A stretch of DNA of 64,000 nucleotides from an uncultured Gammaproteobacteria bacterium (GTDB lineage: Bacteria; Pseudomonadota; Gammaproteobacteria; Arenicellales; Poriferihabitantaceae): contig CAMYNW010000001.1 in assembly GCA_947259885.1 (NCBI GenBank), positions 148,216-212,215 on the forward strand, given 5' to 3'. The position numbers and the translations under genes were made by a program. Every line of letters starts with the position of its first letter. Within the stretch, counting starts at the first letter, position 1. Positions 1 through 10,859 of this stretch are shown piece by piece. The notes beneath the pieces were generated by a model that saw only the letters and a program-made list of their open reading frames with translations, made no database searches and was not told the origin of the DNA.

Positions 1-615
1 CGGCTGGCAGATCGACTCGCAGCATTTGAAGTAGATCAGTTTAAGGATTCGGTAAATATTGTCAGCAAGTCACCCGGAAAACAACTTGACTCCATACCGG
101 AAATTGCAGGAGTGACCGTGCTTGGTGACTCTAGTATTGTTCTGATTTTGGATCCGGAATCGTTCATAGATCGAATTGCTCCGCTCGATGATTCAAGTCA
201 TCATATCGATCAGGATATTGCGCGTGCGCCCAGTCTAAGGAGAGTGCTTGTGGTAGACGATTCTTTAGTGGTGCGAAAAGTAATGCAACGGGACCTTGAG
301 GCCGACGGGCTTGAAGTTGAGACTGCGATCGACGGCTTCAATGCCCTGGAAATCCTTGAAAACTCCACTTTTGATATTGCTTTAGTGGATATAGAAATGC
401 CGCGCATGAACGGTTACGAACTGCTGGAAAAACTGCGGCAGGATAGTCGGTTTGGTGACCTTCCAATTATTATTATTACATCGCGCTCAGGAAGCCAGCA
501 TAAAAAGCGTGCGGTGGAATTGGGAGCTGAAGGCTATATAACGAAGCCTTATGATATTAGTGCACTAGACCAACTAATGCGTCAGGTTGTGGATAACAAA
601 CGTAAAGTTCACTAA
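1..615 (+). CDS. C-terminal part of a CheA/ChpA-type hybrid histidine kinase (end of the CheW-like P5 domain plus a CheY-like receiver); the 5' end lies outside the window
   Basis: Frame 1 is open from base 1 (RLADRLAAFEVDQ...GVTVLGDSSIVLILDP, a typical CheA P5 C-terminus). It continues into a receiver domain with VLVVDDS, DIEMPRMNG, ITSRS and KP signatures. The ORF-track start at 112 is therefore internal. Confidence 0.8.
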   Translation, partial: RLADRLAAFEVDQFKDSVNIVSKSPGKQLDSIPEIAGVTVLGDSSIVLILDPESFIDRIAPLDDSSHHIDQDIARAPSLRRVLVVDDSLVVRKVMQRDLEADGLEVETAIDGFNALEILENSTFDIALVDIEMPRMNGYELLEKLRQDSRFGDLPIIIITSRSGSQHKKRAVELGAEGYITKPYDISALDQLMRQVVDNKRKVH

Positions 616-1067
616 TGCAGGTGCTTACTCTCGCGGGGCAGGATTTTAAAATTCTTTTACCCGTTAATATGGTTGCGCAGATTATCGGTCGATCCACTGT
701 GACACCACCTTCTGATGGAGAGTTCAAGTCTCTAGCCGGAAGCTTTCGTTGGAGGGATTATGCTGTGCCGCTCCTGCGCACATCAGAGCTAATGGGTAAA
801 AGTTCAACAGCGGACCAAGATTACGAACGAATAGTAGTGTTATGGCCAATGAAATCAGCGAGCAGTCGTTCCTTCATTGGGTTGACCAGTCTGGCGCCAC
901 CCAGGGTGGTTGAGATAACTGAGCAGCCTTCCTCAGAAATGATCACAGAAATGCCCTATGCTCTTAGTTGTTTGCAGCTAGAGAATGAACTTGCGGTAAT
1001 TCCCGACATTGATCAGGTGTCGCGGGACCTGTTCGAAAACGCAGATGGGCAAGATTTAGGCCGATAG
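615..1067 (+). CDS. CheW-like coupling protein (ChpC/PilI-like)
   Basis: 150 aa. Its start overlaps the kinase stop (TAATG). It shows a CheW-domain pattern (FKILLPVNMVAQII ... FRWRDYAVPLL ... IVVL ... PPRVVEI) and sits directly after the ChpA-like kinase. Confidence 0.7.
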   Translation: MQVLTLAGQDFKILLPVNMVAQIIGRSTVTPPSDGEFKSLAGSFRWRDYAVPLLRTSELMGKSSTADQDYERIVVLWPMKSASSRSFIGLTSLAPPRVVEITEQPSSEMITEMPYALSCLQLENELAVIPDIDQVSRDLFENADGQDLGR

Positions 1068-1070
1068 ATA

Positions 1071-1892
1071 TTGAAAAATAGTGAGCCCAGCCTTGATGAA
1101 GTCTGTAAAATGGTGGTTTCGATTGCTAAAGACTATCCAGGATTAAAACTTGGCGGCGCCGACGTGACCAAGAAGAACGATGGCAGTTACGTTACGAAAG
1201 TAGATCAAGATTTGCAGGACGCTCTCGAGGAGCGAATGCAAAAGCGCTGGCCGAAGTTTGGCTTTATCGGTGAAGAAATGGACCATTCCGATCAGGTGCT
1301 GATATGTAACACGAGCAGTAATGGGTATTGGGTCATCGATCCACTGGATGGAACCACCAATTTTTCGTCTGGATTTCTTTGCTTTGGTATTTCTGTTGCG
1401 CTGGTTATCCAGGGGCAGCCTCGGCTTGCGGTAATTTACGACCCCGTTCGCGAAGAGTGCTTCAGCGCGGAGGCGGGTGGAGGAGCGTTCTTAAATGGCA
1501 CGAAAATTACCTGCAATCGCACTCAAACCCTGGGCGAATGTATCGCCAACGTAGATTACAAACGCCTGGTGGGGGAGTTGGCCGAGCGGCTTGTTCACTC
1601 CCCACCCTATCGATCGCAGCGCAATCTTGGCTCTTCAGTGCTTGAATGGTGCTGGCTGGCGGCAGGCAGGGTACAATTATATCTCCACGGCGGGCAGAAG
1701 CTCTGGGACTTTGCCGCAGGCTATCTGATCTTAACTGAGGCCGGCGGGGCCGCAACAACGTTGTCAGGGGATATACTCGATTGTTCAAGTTTAAAAAAAC
1801 GGTCCGTAGTAGCAGCGGTTAATCCCGAGTTACTTGGTCAATGGTCCAGTTGGATAAACATTAATCGCTTCGATTCGGACTCCCCACTTTAG
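1071..1892 (+). CDS. Inositol monophosphatase family protein (SuhB/CysQ-like)
   Basis: 273 aa with the IMPase signatures FIGEE and WVIDPLDGTTNF, and WDFAAG near the C-terminus. Apparent TTG start. Confidence 0.85.
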   Translation: MKNSEPSLDEVCKMVVSIAKDYPGLKLGGADVTKKNDGSYVTKVDQDLQDALEERMQKRWPKFGFIGEEMDHSDQVLICNTSSNGYWVIDPLDGTTNFSSGFLCFGISVALVIQGQPRLAVIYDPVREECFSAEAGGGAFLNGTKITCNRTQTLGECIANVDYKRLVGELAERLVHSPPYRSQRNLGSSVLEWCWLAAGRVQLYLHGGQKLWDFAAGYLILTEAGGAATTLSGDILDCSSLKKRSVVAAVNPELLGQWSSWININRFDSDSPL

Positions 1893-2070
1893 CCGCTGGT
1901 CCATTAAATAGCCTCCATGACTCTTATTAACATGATAAGAAAAGGCGGCGTGATTCCACTCTGAACAGGGTTTAGAATACCAGCCTTGATTGCGGTTAAA
2001 CGACTGACCTTTTTAATCCATTTGGCCGCAAATCCTCAACTCAAACCAGATCTAAACGTCACTAAGCCAA

Positions 2071-4071
2071 ATGAGTAAAGTTAGCAGGCGCGACAAAGCC
2101 AATGCCATTCGTGCTCTCAGCATGGATGCGGTTCAGAGAGCAAAAAGTGGTCACCCTGGAGCGCCGATGGGAATGGCTGATATCGCCGAAGTTTTATGGA
2201 GTGATTTTCTAAAACACAATCCAAACCACCCATCCTGGATCGATCGAGACAGATTTGTGCTTTCCAATGGCCATGGTTCCATGCTGTTGTATTCGTTGTT
2301 GCATTTGACCGGGTATGATCTGGAAATCGAGCAACTCAAAAATTTTCGACAACTTCACTCGAAGACGCCAGGACATCCCGAATATGGTGATACTCCGGGT
2401 GTCGAGACTACGACCGGTCCACTCGGTCAGGGAATTTCAAATGCCGTAGGTATGGCGATTGCCGAGCGTACATTGGCGGCCCAATTCAACCGGCCTGACC
2501 ACGAAATCGTAAACCACCACACGTGGGTATTTCTTGGTGACGGATGTCTGATGGAAGGAATTTCTCACGAGTCCTGCTCCCTTGCAGGAACTCTCGGCCT
2601 TGGCAAGTTGATCGCATTTTATGACGACAATGGTATTTCAATTGATGGTGACGTATCGGGATGGTTTACTGATAATACGGTAAAACGATTTGAGGCATAC
2701 GGCTGGCAAGTCGTGCCTGAAGTGAATGGCCATGATTCTGACTCTATAATTAACGCTATTAAAGCCGCGCTGGAAGAAACCGATAAACCAACTTTAATCT
2801 GCTGCAAGACGGTTATAGGTTATGGCTCTCCCAACAAACAGGGTAAAGAGTCTTCCCACGGATCGCCCCTGGGGGAGGACGAAGTAGCACTTGCCAGAGA
2901 AGAGCTGGGATGGGAAAGCGACGCGTTTGCGATACCCCCTGCAATTGCTGACGCCTGGAACATGCAGCAACGCGGATCTGCGGCTGAAGCAGATTGGCAG
3001 CAGGGTTTTGACCTGTATAAGGCAGTTTATCCTGAGCTCGCACAGGAATTGAAACGAAGGATAGACGGCGAGTTACCGGCCAATTGGGCCAGATTATCTG
3101 CTAACAAAATAGCGGAGATTAACAACAAAGCCGAAGACGTTGCGACCCGCAAGGCTTCGCTGAACGCGCTGAATGCGTTCGGACCAGATCTCCCAGAACT
3201 GATTGGTGGTTCTGCAGATCTAGCCGGATCTAACTATAGTATCTGGTCTGGTTCTAAGGATATAAAAGAAAACCATGGGGGTAATTATATTTATTTCGGG
3301 GTCCGTGAGTTCGGCATGTCGGCTATCGTCAATGGAATAGTATTGCATGGCGGTTTCAAGGCTTACGGTGCTACGTTTCTGATGTTTTCCGATTACGCGC
3401 GTAATGCTCTTCGTATGGCTGCGCTGATGCAAATACCTAGCATTTTTCTGTTTACCCATGATTCAATTGGTGTCGGGGAAGATGGTCCTACTCACCAGCC
3501 GATAGAACAAACGGCAACCCTTAGGATGATTCCTGGAATGTCGGTATGGAGACCATGTGACAGTGTCGAGTCTGCAGTAGCCTGGCAACAGGCATTCGAA
3601 GCACGCAGCGGTCCAGTGTCTTTGATATTTTCAAGACAGAACCTGAAACATCAGTCTCGAACCCCAGAACAAATCGAGGCAATTAGTCGAGGTGGGTATG
3701 TGCTGAAAGACTGTGACGGCGAGCCAGAAGCTATTGTGATTGCAACGGGTTCAGAGGTAGAACTGGCAACCGGCGCTGTGAAGATATTGTCACAACATCG
3801 CATTCGGGTGGTATCAATGCCTTGCACCGATCGCTTTCTGGATCAGGACGAGGCCTATCGCCAGTCTGTTTTGCCTGACAGCGTGACTAGCAGATTACTT
3901 GTGGAAGCTGGGGTCACAGATGGTTGGTGGAAATTCATCGGCCTCAAAGGACGCGTAATGGGAATCGAAAGCTTCGGCGAGTCTGCACCTGCTGGTGAGG
4001 TATACCGGCATTTTGGGTTAACCGAGGAAGGAGTTGCTAAAACTCTTCAGGAAATGTTGAAACCGAATTGA
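2071..4071 (+). CDS. tkt: Transketolase
   Basis: 666 aa of full-length transketolase-like sequence: [14 protein letters not shown], the TPP-binding [12 protein letters not shown], and the pyrimidine-binding and C-terminal domains. Confidence 0.97.
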   Translation: MSKVSRRDKANAIRALSMDAVQRAKSGHPGAPMGMADIAEVLWSDFLKHNPNHPSWIDRDRFVLSNGHGSMLLYSLLHLTGYDLEIEQLKNFRQLHSKTPGHPEYGDTPGVETTTGPLGQGISNAVGMAIAERTLAAQFNRPDHEIVNHHTWVFLGDGCLMEGISHESCSLAGTLGLGKLIAFYDDNGISIDGDVSGWFTDNTVKRFEAYGWQVVPEVNGHDSDSIINAIKAALEETDKPTLICCKTVIGYGSPNKQGKESSHGSPLGEDEVALAREELGWESDAFAIPPAIADAWNMQQRGSAAEADWQQGFDLYKAVYPELAQELKRRIDGELPANWARLSANKIAEINNKAEDVATRKASLNALNAFGPDLPELIGGSADLAGSNYSIWSGSKDIKENHGGNYIYFGVREFGMSAIVNGIVLHGGFKAYGATFLMFSDYARNALRMAALMQIPSIFLFTHDSIGVGEDGPTHQPIEQTATLRMIPGMSVWRPCDSVESAVAWQQAFEARSGPVSLIFSRQNLKHQSRTPEQIEAISRGGYVLKDCDGEPEAIVIATGSEVELATGAVKILSQHRIRVVSMPCTDRFLDQDEAYRQSVLPDSVTSRLLVEAGVTDGWWKFIGLKGRVMGIESFGESAPAGEVYRHFGLTEEGVAKTLQEMLKPN

Positions 4072-4086
4072 GATGGGTTAAGTGAC

Positions 4087-5271
4087 ATGAGTATCGTCAA
4101 AATGACAGACCTGGCGCTCGGTAATCAACGGGTGCTGATTCGACAAGACCTGAATGTGCCGGTTAAGGACGGAAAGGTAGTGTCAGACAAACGAATTCTT
4201 GCTTCGCTGCCGACGATTGAACAAGCGCTGGACAGGGGCGCAGCAATATTGTTGATGTCTCATCTCGGTAGACCCACTGAGGGCAAGTATGAGGCTCAGT
4301 ACTCTCTAAAACCAGTTGCCGATAGCTTGAGTAAACTGCTGGATAGGCCGATTAGGTTGGTACCCGACTATTTGCAGCAGGTGCCAGAATGCGCTCCGGG
4401 AGAAGTGGTTTTGTTGGAGAACGTTCGATTTAACCAAGGAGAGAAAAATGATGATGATGATTTAGCCAGAAAATATGCTGGTATGTGCGACATCTATGTG
4501 ATGGACGCATTTGGCACAGCTCATCGCGCTCAAGCATCAACCCACGGAGTAGGTAAGTATGCCAATATCGCATGCGCCGGACCGTTATTGATGGCAGAAC
4601 TAGACGCGTTGGGACAGGCCTTGAAATCGCCTTCGCCTCCGATGGTGGCAATCGTTGGAGGTGCTAAAGTGTCTACTAAGCTTACCGTGCTCACTTCACT
4701 GTGCGCTAAAGTCGACCTATTAGTGCCAGGGGGAGGGATAGCAAATACTTTTATTGCCGCAATGGGGCACTCAGTAGGAAAGTCTCTGCATGAGCCTGAG
4801 TTGATTCCGCAAGCCAAGGCGTTGATCGAACAGGCCACGGACCGAGGTTCCGAGATTCCAGTCCCTGTGGACGTCGTTGTAGGTAAAGCTTTCGATCCGC
4901 AGACTCCGGCTCAGGTGAAACAAGTTGATCGAGTCGATCAAGACGACATGATCTTCGATGTAGGTCCTGAGACGTCAGCAGCCTACGTTGAAATCATGAA
5001 AAAAGCCGGTACCATCGTATGGAACGGGCCTGTTGGTGTGTTCGAATTCGAACAGTTCAGCCATGGAACTCGGGCGCTCGGTCAGGCAATCGCAGATTCA
5101 GATGCATTCTCTATCGCGGGAGGAGGAGACACTCTGGCTGCAGTAGATCAATTTGGGCTAACTGATCATATTTCATATATTTCAACAGGGGGCGGGGCCT
5201 TTCTTGAATTCCTCGAAGGTAAGACTCTACCTGCGGTAAGAATGCTCGAAATCCGGGCGACGCAGGGCTAA
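4087..5271 (+). CDS. pgk: Phosphoglycerate kinase
   Basis: 394 aa with canonical PGK sequence: RVDLNVP-like N-terminus, [15 protein letters not shown], and [19 protein letters not shown] at the C-terminus. The intact C-terminus shows pgk itself is complete. Confidence 0.97.
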   Translation: MSIVKMTDLALGNQRVLIRQDLNVPVKDGKVVSDKRILASLPTIEQALDRGAAILLMSHLGRPTEGKYEAQYSLKPVADSLSKLLDRPIRLVPDYLQQVPECAPGEVVLLENVRFNQGEKNDDDDLARKYAGMCDIYVMDAFGTAHRAQASTHGVGKYANIACAGPLLMAELDALGQALKSPSPPMVAIVGGAKVSTKLTVLTSLCAKVDLLVPGGGIANTFIAAMGHSVGKSLHEPELIPQAKALIEQATDRGSEIPVPVDVVVGKAFDPQTPAQVKQVDRVDQDDMIFDVGPETSAAYVEIMKKAGTIVWNGPVGVFEFEQFSHGTRALGQAIADSDAFSIAGGGDTLAAVDQFGLTDHISYISTGGGAFLEFLEGKTLPAVRMLEIRATQG

Positions 5272-5273
5272 CC

Positions 5274-5852
5274 GATACTGCTGGCGACGAAGACGGTATA
5301 GGGGCGGAAGGGATATTGGATCATTCACAGCTGCTTACGGATCCTGAAGAGGCGGCGGACTTTGTTAGTAAGACTCATGTTGATGCACTGGCAATCGCTA
5401 TTGGCACGTCTCACGGTGCTTATAAGTTTACTCGTCCGCCCACCGGGGATATTCTGGCAATAGATAGAATTAAGGAAATTCATGCGCGAATTCCGAGCAC
5501 CCATCTGGTAATGCATGGCTCCTCATCGGTGCCCCAGGATTGGCTGGCAACCATTATTGAATATGGTGGTGATATGGGGGAAACCTATGGGGTTTCATTA
5601 GAGGAAATCGTCGAGGGAATAAAAAATGGGGTTCGTAAAGTTAATATCGATACGGATCTACGAATGGCTTCTACTGGAGCGATTAGAAGGCATTTGGCTC
5701 AGAATCCGTCCGATTTCGATCCTCGAAAATACCTGAAAGCTGCCACTGAGGCGATGAAACAAATATGTATTGAACGTTATCAGGCTTTTGGTACAGAGGG
5801 TAATGCAGCAAAAATTAACGCGTTGAATCTGGAGCAGATGACGGAGCGGTAA
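5274..5852 (+). pseudogene. fba: 5'-truncated class II fructose-bisphosphate aldolase (C-terminal half only)
   Basis: The translation ([32 protein letters not shown]...GTSHGAYKF...LVMHGSS...[11 protein letters not shown]...) matches roughly the last 185 residues of about 354-aa Calvin/FbaA-type class II aldolases as I recall them. Homology begins within a few codons of the pgk stop. Only 44 bp separate pgk from the TTG at 5316, so there is no coding room for the N-terminal half. Confidence 0.8.
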
Positions 5853-6024
5853 AGCAGCGGTGAGCTGGACGCCAGAATACACTAGATTAAACATTAGGAA
5901 TTTCCATATTATCGTAGCTTTTTCACGATAAGTTATAGTGTTATAGTTAAAGTCGAGATTAGGTTTGTTGGGTATCTGGTTTCGCTGATTCGGATTTCGG
6001 TTTGGAGATTCGTAAATAGACAAT

Positions 6025-7182
6025 ATGTCGCCTATTCGCCAGTATCAAAAAACTGACTGTCGGCACCCTGCACTGGTTGCCATTAAGTTATACGGAATAC
6101 TCCTGGTAGCGTGCTTCACGCTGGCGGGTTGTTATCTACCCAGCTTCACTTTCCAATCCACCGCAAAACTGGACACTGAAGCCCAATCCGTGGTGACTAC
6201 CGAGTTTGAGTCTTTCCGCGAGACGGTTTTGTTTGATAAATCGGTTGCAATCGATAAGCCGGAAGTCGTTAGCGATACATCCTCTTCAATGGATTCGACC
6301 TCAGTAGATGCGCTTTTTCCGAAGGATCTGGAATCCATAGTTCGGGATTCGGGCAATATTGATTACTGTAGACGCATCGATAGAAAACTCAAATCGGTAA
6401 CCTTGCGAAACTGTCTACTTAAGGAAGCTCTAGATTCAAGATTTCGTTCCAAGCGGGGGAAGCCGATCTATTACGTTCAGTTTGAAGCAAAAGCAGAAAA
6501 GAATCCGTTAGGCAAGGTATTGGTTCTGGGCGGAGTCCATGGGGATGAGTTAACCTCTGTGAGTACGGTATATTTGTGGATTGAAATGTTAAAGGAATAT
6601 CACTCGGGCCTGTTCGATTGGCGGCTCGTGCCGATAGTGAATCCTGATGGCTTCTTTAAACCCAAGCCCACCAGGACCAATGCGAACGGGGTCGATTTAA
6701 ATCGAAATCTTCCCACCTATCAGTGGAATCAGCTTGCGGATCATTATTGGAAACAGCGTGCTGGGGCTGCAGAAAGAAAGTATCCAGGGCCTCTCGCTGC
6801 AAGCGAGCCAGAGTCCAAGTGGTTGATTAATGAGATCAAGACCTATCAGCCAGATGTAATTGTAACAGTGCACGCGCCTTACAATCTTGTGGACTATGAT
6901 GCATCAGACAGATCCAGCGCACCGCAACAGTTAGGGATATTAACTGGAAAATCTCTTGGTACTTATCCTGGCTCGCTAGGGCGTTATGCCGGAGAAGAAA
7001 GAAACATACCGGTCATCACTCTCGAACTGCCCCACTCAAGTCACATGCCGCCTCTATCCGAGACTAATGAGATCTGGTTAGACCTTGTCGGTTGGATGAG
7101 GCAGCACATTGATACCCAAAACATCGCCGGTCGGTCATTTAACCACTGTAATCGATCACCAAGCGCTTCTGGTTGTATCTGA
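6025..7182 (+). CDS. Exported M14-family zinc carboxypeptidase/amidase (MpaA-like murein peptide amidase family), probable lipoprotein
   Basis: 385 aa. The N-terminal hydrophobic segment ends in LAGC (lipobox). M14 motifs are present: GGVHGDELTS (HxxE), NPDG, NANGVDLNRN, and VTVHAPYN (third zinc ligand). Confidence 0.8.
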   Translation: MSPIRQYQKTDCRHPALVAIKLYGILLVACFTLAGCYLPSFTFQSTAKLDTEAQSVVTTEFESFRETVLFDKSVAIDKPEVVSDTSSSMDSTSVDALFPKDLESIVRDSGNIDYCRRIDRKLKSVTLRNCLLKEALDSRFRSKRGKPIYYVQFEAKAEKNPLGKVLVLGGVHGDELTSVSTVYLWIEMLKEYHSGLFDWRLVPIVNPDGFFKPKPTRTNANGVDLNRNLPTYQWNQLADHYWKQRAGAAERKYPGPLAASEPESKWLINEIKTYQPDVIVTVHAPYNLVDYDASDRSSAPQQLGILTGKSLGTYPGSLGRYAGEERNIPVITLELPHSSHMPPLSETNEIWLDLVGWMRQHIDTQNIAGRSFNHCNRSPSASGCI

Positions 7183-7272
7183 ACGATTCACGTATAGAGA
7201 ATAATTTGAAACCATCGTCCGCTAAGCACGGGCGGCCGAATTTCTAATGTACGAGTACTTTAGGCTTATTAT

Positions 7273-8430
7273 TTATCCTTCGTAGATAATCTGCCATTTG
7301 CCAGCTTTTCTTAACCAATACTGCCGCTTCTGTGTAACGCTGTGGTGATTGTTGCTACGGTACTCTTGGTCAAATGAAACCACCATCATGTTTTCGATAC
7401 CAGGATAGCTGTAAATACTTACATTATTCAGATCAATCTCAATGTAACGCTTTAATTTATTAACCCGATACTTGCGCGCGGCAAAAGCCTCGTAATTTTC
7501 TAATTGGCCGGGCGAATAGTGTGATAGAAACTTTTCGGTATCCATGCTCTCCCAATCTTTCTGCCATTGTTCAAGTACAGTGTATGCGGGTTGCGACAGA
7601 ACATCTTTTTGATCGGGTTTTATCCAGTTGAAGCCGCTGGAAATAATGACTGGGGTGCTGCCATCAACTGAAATAAATTGCTGAATATCAAGAAACTCAT
7701 CATTACTTAAAGACAGACAGCCATCACTTGCCAAGGGTACGCGGTTATAGTTTTCCGGTTCTGTACCGTGAATCCAGATTCCGTAACCTGTTCTATTTAG
7801 TTTTTTATCGAATTCGTTCGGATAATTTATAGGGAAGGCGCCAGGCCCATAACGCTCAGGAAGTCCTTCGCCTTGCAGGTAAGAAGTGACAAAATAGACG
7901 CCTTCAGGAGTGCGCAAATCCCCTTCTTTATTTTTCCCCATGCCTTCTTTTCCGATGGTCATGAAGTAATCTTTAATCAAACGGTACGAGGTCCCAGTGT
8001 TCTCGAACACGTACAGTCGAGACTGGCTCGCATCTGCAGCTAAAACATAATGTTCGGTAGGGGCTGAAGCGATCAAATTGGCGGGTACCAGACCACGGGC
8101 CGCTGGTGAATTACCAGTTTGAGTTTGCCAGCGGTAGTAAAGCTCATCGCGCAGGCCGGCGAGCTGAAGCTGATCATCAGCGTAACGTTCCACAAGATCC
8201 ATTGAACCCGCGCGGGCCGCCAGTAAATCCCCCATCACCAGGTAGCCAAGTTTGCTGTTTGGATACCTGTCCACCAGGTCTTCCAATGATTTTAAGGAAT
8301 AACTGAAGTCAGCATTTTTAAGATTATCTACCGAGGTGATGACTTCCCTTTCATAGCGAGACTCCGCCACAGCATGTCCGCCAATCGTGAACGCAATAAC
8401 TAAAGAGCCGATGATCCTGGATAATTTCAT
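7273..8430 (-). CDS. L,D-transpeptidase family protein (YkuD domain) with a C-terminal roughly 100-aa accessory domain
   Basis: 385 aa with a signal peptide. The YkuD catalytic signature is GIWIHGT...SDGCLSLSN. The C-terminal domain (LEQWQKDWES...FLSHYS...) is homologous to the C-terminus of the neighbouring TPR protein. Confidence 0.85.
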   Translation of the reverse strand: MKLSRIIGSLVIAFTIGGHAVAESRYEREVITSVDNLKNADFSYSLKSLEDLVDRYPNSKLGYLVMGDLLAARAGSMDLVERYADDQLQLAGLRDELYYRWQTQTGNSPAARGLVPANLIASAPTEHYVLAADASQSRLYVFENTGTSYRLIKDYFMTIGKEGMGKNKEGDLRTPEGVYFVTSYLQGEGLPERYGPGAFPINYPNEFDKKLNRTGYGIWIHGTEPENYNRVPLASDGCLSLSNDEFLDIQQFISVDGSTPVIISSGFNWIKPDQKDVLSQPAYTVLEQWQKDWESMDTEKFLSHYSPGQLENYEAFAARKYRVNKLKRYIEIDLNNVSIYSYPGIENMMVVSFDQEYRSNNHHSVTQKRQYWLRKAGKWQIIYEG

Positions 8431-8489
8431 AATCTTGTGTATGTATTAGATTACAGATACTTAGGGGGTCAAATGGATCCAGCGTCTTA

Positions 8490-9704
8490 TTATATCAGCT
8501 CTTTGGTGATCAACCACCTGTCTCCCTCTTTTTCAAATTTTAGTGTTTTCTGAATAGTGTCTTCAAATCTCTCTGATTTGTAGTACTGGCTGAAGTCTAC
8601 GGTTGCGCTTCTGCCTTCAATGGAAATATTGTATTTACTTGGTTTTACGATGATAAATTCACGCCATCTTAGGCGTCCATGGCGTTGTTTCTTCCATTCC
8701 TCCAAGGTCAAATTGTCCCGTGGCTTGAATCTCTCGGAATAATGAGAAAGATACCGATCCACGTCTCGGTCCGACCAGGCTTCAGCCCAGCTCTTTATGT
8801 GATTTATCAGTGCTTGTTTTTGCGCCGCAATATCTTCCGCCGCCTGCTTGGCCTCGGCCGTTGGCGTGACCGCGGCAATAACGATAGGCTCAGGTATCGG
8901 TTCAGCTATTTTTTTGACCTTTTCTGGATCAGGAATCTCGACCGCCGTGGGCGCTGATTCAACCACCACGGCCTGGACCTTTTGTTGCGCCGATTCTGGC
9001 TCAGGTTCAGATCTAGTCTCCGAGTCGGGCTTAGATTCGACTGAATCTGCTGCTGAGATTTCCTTGGTTTTGTCTGCAGGTTCCTTTATTGGTTGGTCGT
9101 CTTCCGAGGGCGAATTTTGTCCCAGGGATTCGCTAATATAGTTCTGAACTGAGGCAACCAGGATTGGGGGATTCGGAGATGATCCGGTTATTAAGGGATC
9201 AAGTTTTTCAAGGGACGCTAGTTCTAATGGTTCCAGCGGCGTGTCGGAATTAAGTGCTTTTATATAGGCGACGCTTGCGAGCTGCGCATATATTGCGGTG
9301 AGATTTCTGTAGGCGGTCGCGATTGACGGGTGAGACTGCATCGCCTGTTCAAGTGTTGTGATGGCAGCTTTGTAGTCACCGGTGCGAGCGTAATGAATTG
9401 CCAGGTTGTTGAATGGCTCTAGCAGTTCGGGATGAGAAAGGGTAAGGCCTTTGTAAATTTCTATGGCTTCCTGATTACTACCTTTTTTTTCCGCTATTAC
9501 CGCCTGGGCGAACAATAAGGCAGGATCTTCAGGAGCATCACGAAGTAGAGTTTCAGTCTGCCTCATCGCGTCGGATAAGCGATCCTGTTCGATCAGTGCG
9601 TATATTTCGTCAGTCTCATCGGCAAACCCAGCGAGGGGTAGCACTATAAATACGCTGACTACCAAAATTGATTTCACGGCGTGGTGCATAGACAGGAAAC
9701 GCAT
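8490..9704 (-). CDS. TPR-repeat exported protein with an acidic/Pro-rich linker and the same C-terminal domain as the adjacent L,D-transpeptidase
   Basis: 404 aa. TPR-like repeats lie in residues about 40-160, followed by a low-complexity E/P/S-rich linker. The C-terminus reads WAEAWSDRDVDRYLSHYS...W..QR...V.FSQYYKS...GDRWLI. The true start may be the internal Met at 9689. Confidence 0.75.
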   Translation of the reverse strand: MRFLSMHHAVKSILVVSVFIVLPLAGFADETDEIYALIEQDRLSDAMRQTETLLRDAPEDPALLFAQAVIAEKKGSNQEAIEIYKGLTLSHPELLEPFNNLAIHYARTGDYKAAITTLEQAMQSHPSIATAYRNLTAIYAQLASVAYIKALNSDTPLEPLELASLEKLDPLITGSSPNPPILVASVQNYISESLGQNSPSEDDQPIKEPADKTKEISAADSVESKPDSETRSEPEPESAQQKVQAVVVESAPTAVEIPDPEKVKKIAEPIPEPIVIAAVTPTAEAKQAAEDIAAQKQALINHIKSWAEAWSDRDVDRYLSHYSERFKPRDNLTLEEWKKQRHGRLRWREFIIVKPSKYNISIEGRSATVDFSQYYKSERFEDTIQKTLKFEKEGDRWLITKELI

Positions 9705-9734
9705 TGTCAGACTACAAAAGAAATCTCTGTCAAT

Positions 9735-10859
9735 CTACATACCATCTGCAAGGGATTGTTCCCACTGCAATTGACGGTTCTTTTTTGAATCACGGTATTC
9801 CAGGATATCCGTGACCATAAGCCAGGCACCGATATTTTTAGGTGCTCGTATTTCGGTCCAGTCTCCTTGCTCGTTGACCACCGATACACGCTCTCCGCGT
9901 TTATACTGGCCTAGTGGCGGTGATGATTCATTATCGGTTGAAGGTCTGGGTCTGACTCTCACAGCGTCTGCATTTATTACTCCGTGCTCGCCATCTATAG
10001 TGATGAACTTGCTGTAAATCCAGGTTCGCAGACCATCCGGGAGACTAAATCTTGCCCAGCCGCCATCCTGACCAATTACATCGATCGGAGTGCCAGCAGG
10101 AAGTTCGAGCAGAGCAACGCCGTCTGGTTTGTGGTAGGCCGTAGTAGTCTCATTAATAGTTTTCCAGAATCGCTCGCTGCTCTGATCGCTGGAAGTTGAG
10201 AGCGAAGCAGTTTCCAGTTTTTCTTCACCGTCAACTTGGTTTACGTCGGATACATCAACAGAGCCCTCGGTCAACGTCTGGGACGTAGTGACTATCGCCT
10301 GCTGGCCTCCGTCTAATTCAGACTGTATCACTCCTAGTATACGTTTGGCCTCAGGGTGGTCTTGTTCTGCTGCGAGCGAAATCCATTTTTCTGCGGTTTT
10401 TATATCTGGCGCCCGTTCTTCGCCGATGTAATAGGCAAGTCCCAAATTGAACTGCGCACCACTATCCCCCTTCTGTGCTGATTGCTCCCATAATTTCAGC
10501 GCCTGGTCTTTATTTTTCTCAACGCCAGTGCCTTCCCAGTAGGCGACTCCAAGATTGAACATCGCAGTTGAGTGGCCCTGGGAAGCAGCTTTTTCAAACC
10601 AGGAGAAGGCTGCTGCTGGAGATGAGTCGCTGGCTTCCTGTCGCAGATGCATGACGCCAAGCGCATACTGAGCATTTACATCACCATTACCGGCAAGCTC
10701 GATCCAAGCGACTTCTGCGTCAGAAAAATTCTGGCTCTGATACGCACTGAAAGCTTCTTCATATCGGGCTGATTGAGCGCTTACCTGATCTAGAAAGGAC
10801 AGGCAGACAGTAGTCCCGATTAAAAATTTAACGACAAGGCGAAATAGGGTGGTTTGCAT
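9735..10859 (-). CDS. Sel1-repeat (SLR) protein with a C-terminal bacterial SH3 domain, exported
   Basis: Sel1-type repeats are present (NAQYALGVMH, AASQGHSTAMFNLGVAYWEGTGVEKN, SAQKGDSGAQFNLGLAYYIG, AAEQDHPEAKRILG). The C-terminal SH3-like segment reads GERVSVVNEQGDWTEIRAP. A signal peptide starts at the Met at 10859; the ORF-track start at 10889 is probably too long. Confidence 0.75.
   Translation of the reverse strand: MQTTLFRLVVKFLIGTTVCLSFLDQVSAQSARYEEAFSAYQSQNFSDAEVAWIELAGNGDVNAQYALGVMHLRQEASDSSPAAAFSWFEKAASQGHSTAMFNLGVAYWEGTGVEKNKDQALKLWEQSAQKGDSGAQFNLGLAYYIGEERAPDIKTAEKWISLAAEQDHPEAKRILGVIQSELDGGQQAIVTTSQTLTEGSVDVSDVNQVDGEEKLETASLSTSSDQSSERFWKTINETTTAYHKPDGVALLELPAGTPIDVIGQDGGWARFSLPDGLRTWIYSKFITIDGEHGVINADAVRVRPRPSTDNESSPPLGQYKRGERVSVVNEQGDWTEIRAPKNIGAWLMVTDILEYRDSKKNRQLQWEQSLADGM

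Noticed and set aside
5909-5931. AT-rich hairpin (TTATCGT-N9-ACGATAA) after the fba remnant
   Set aside because: It has a 7-bp AT-rich stem with a large loop and no U-tract, so it is not convincing as a terminator.
5658-6023. 121-aa minus-strand ORF across the fba remnant 3' end and the following spacer
   Set aside because: The peptide is Asn/Ile-rich and junk-like. It overlaps the clearly homologous aldolase frame and shows no signal of a real gene.
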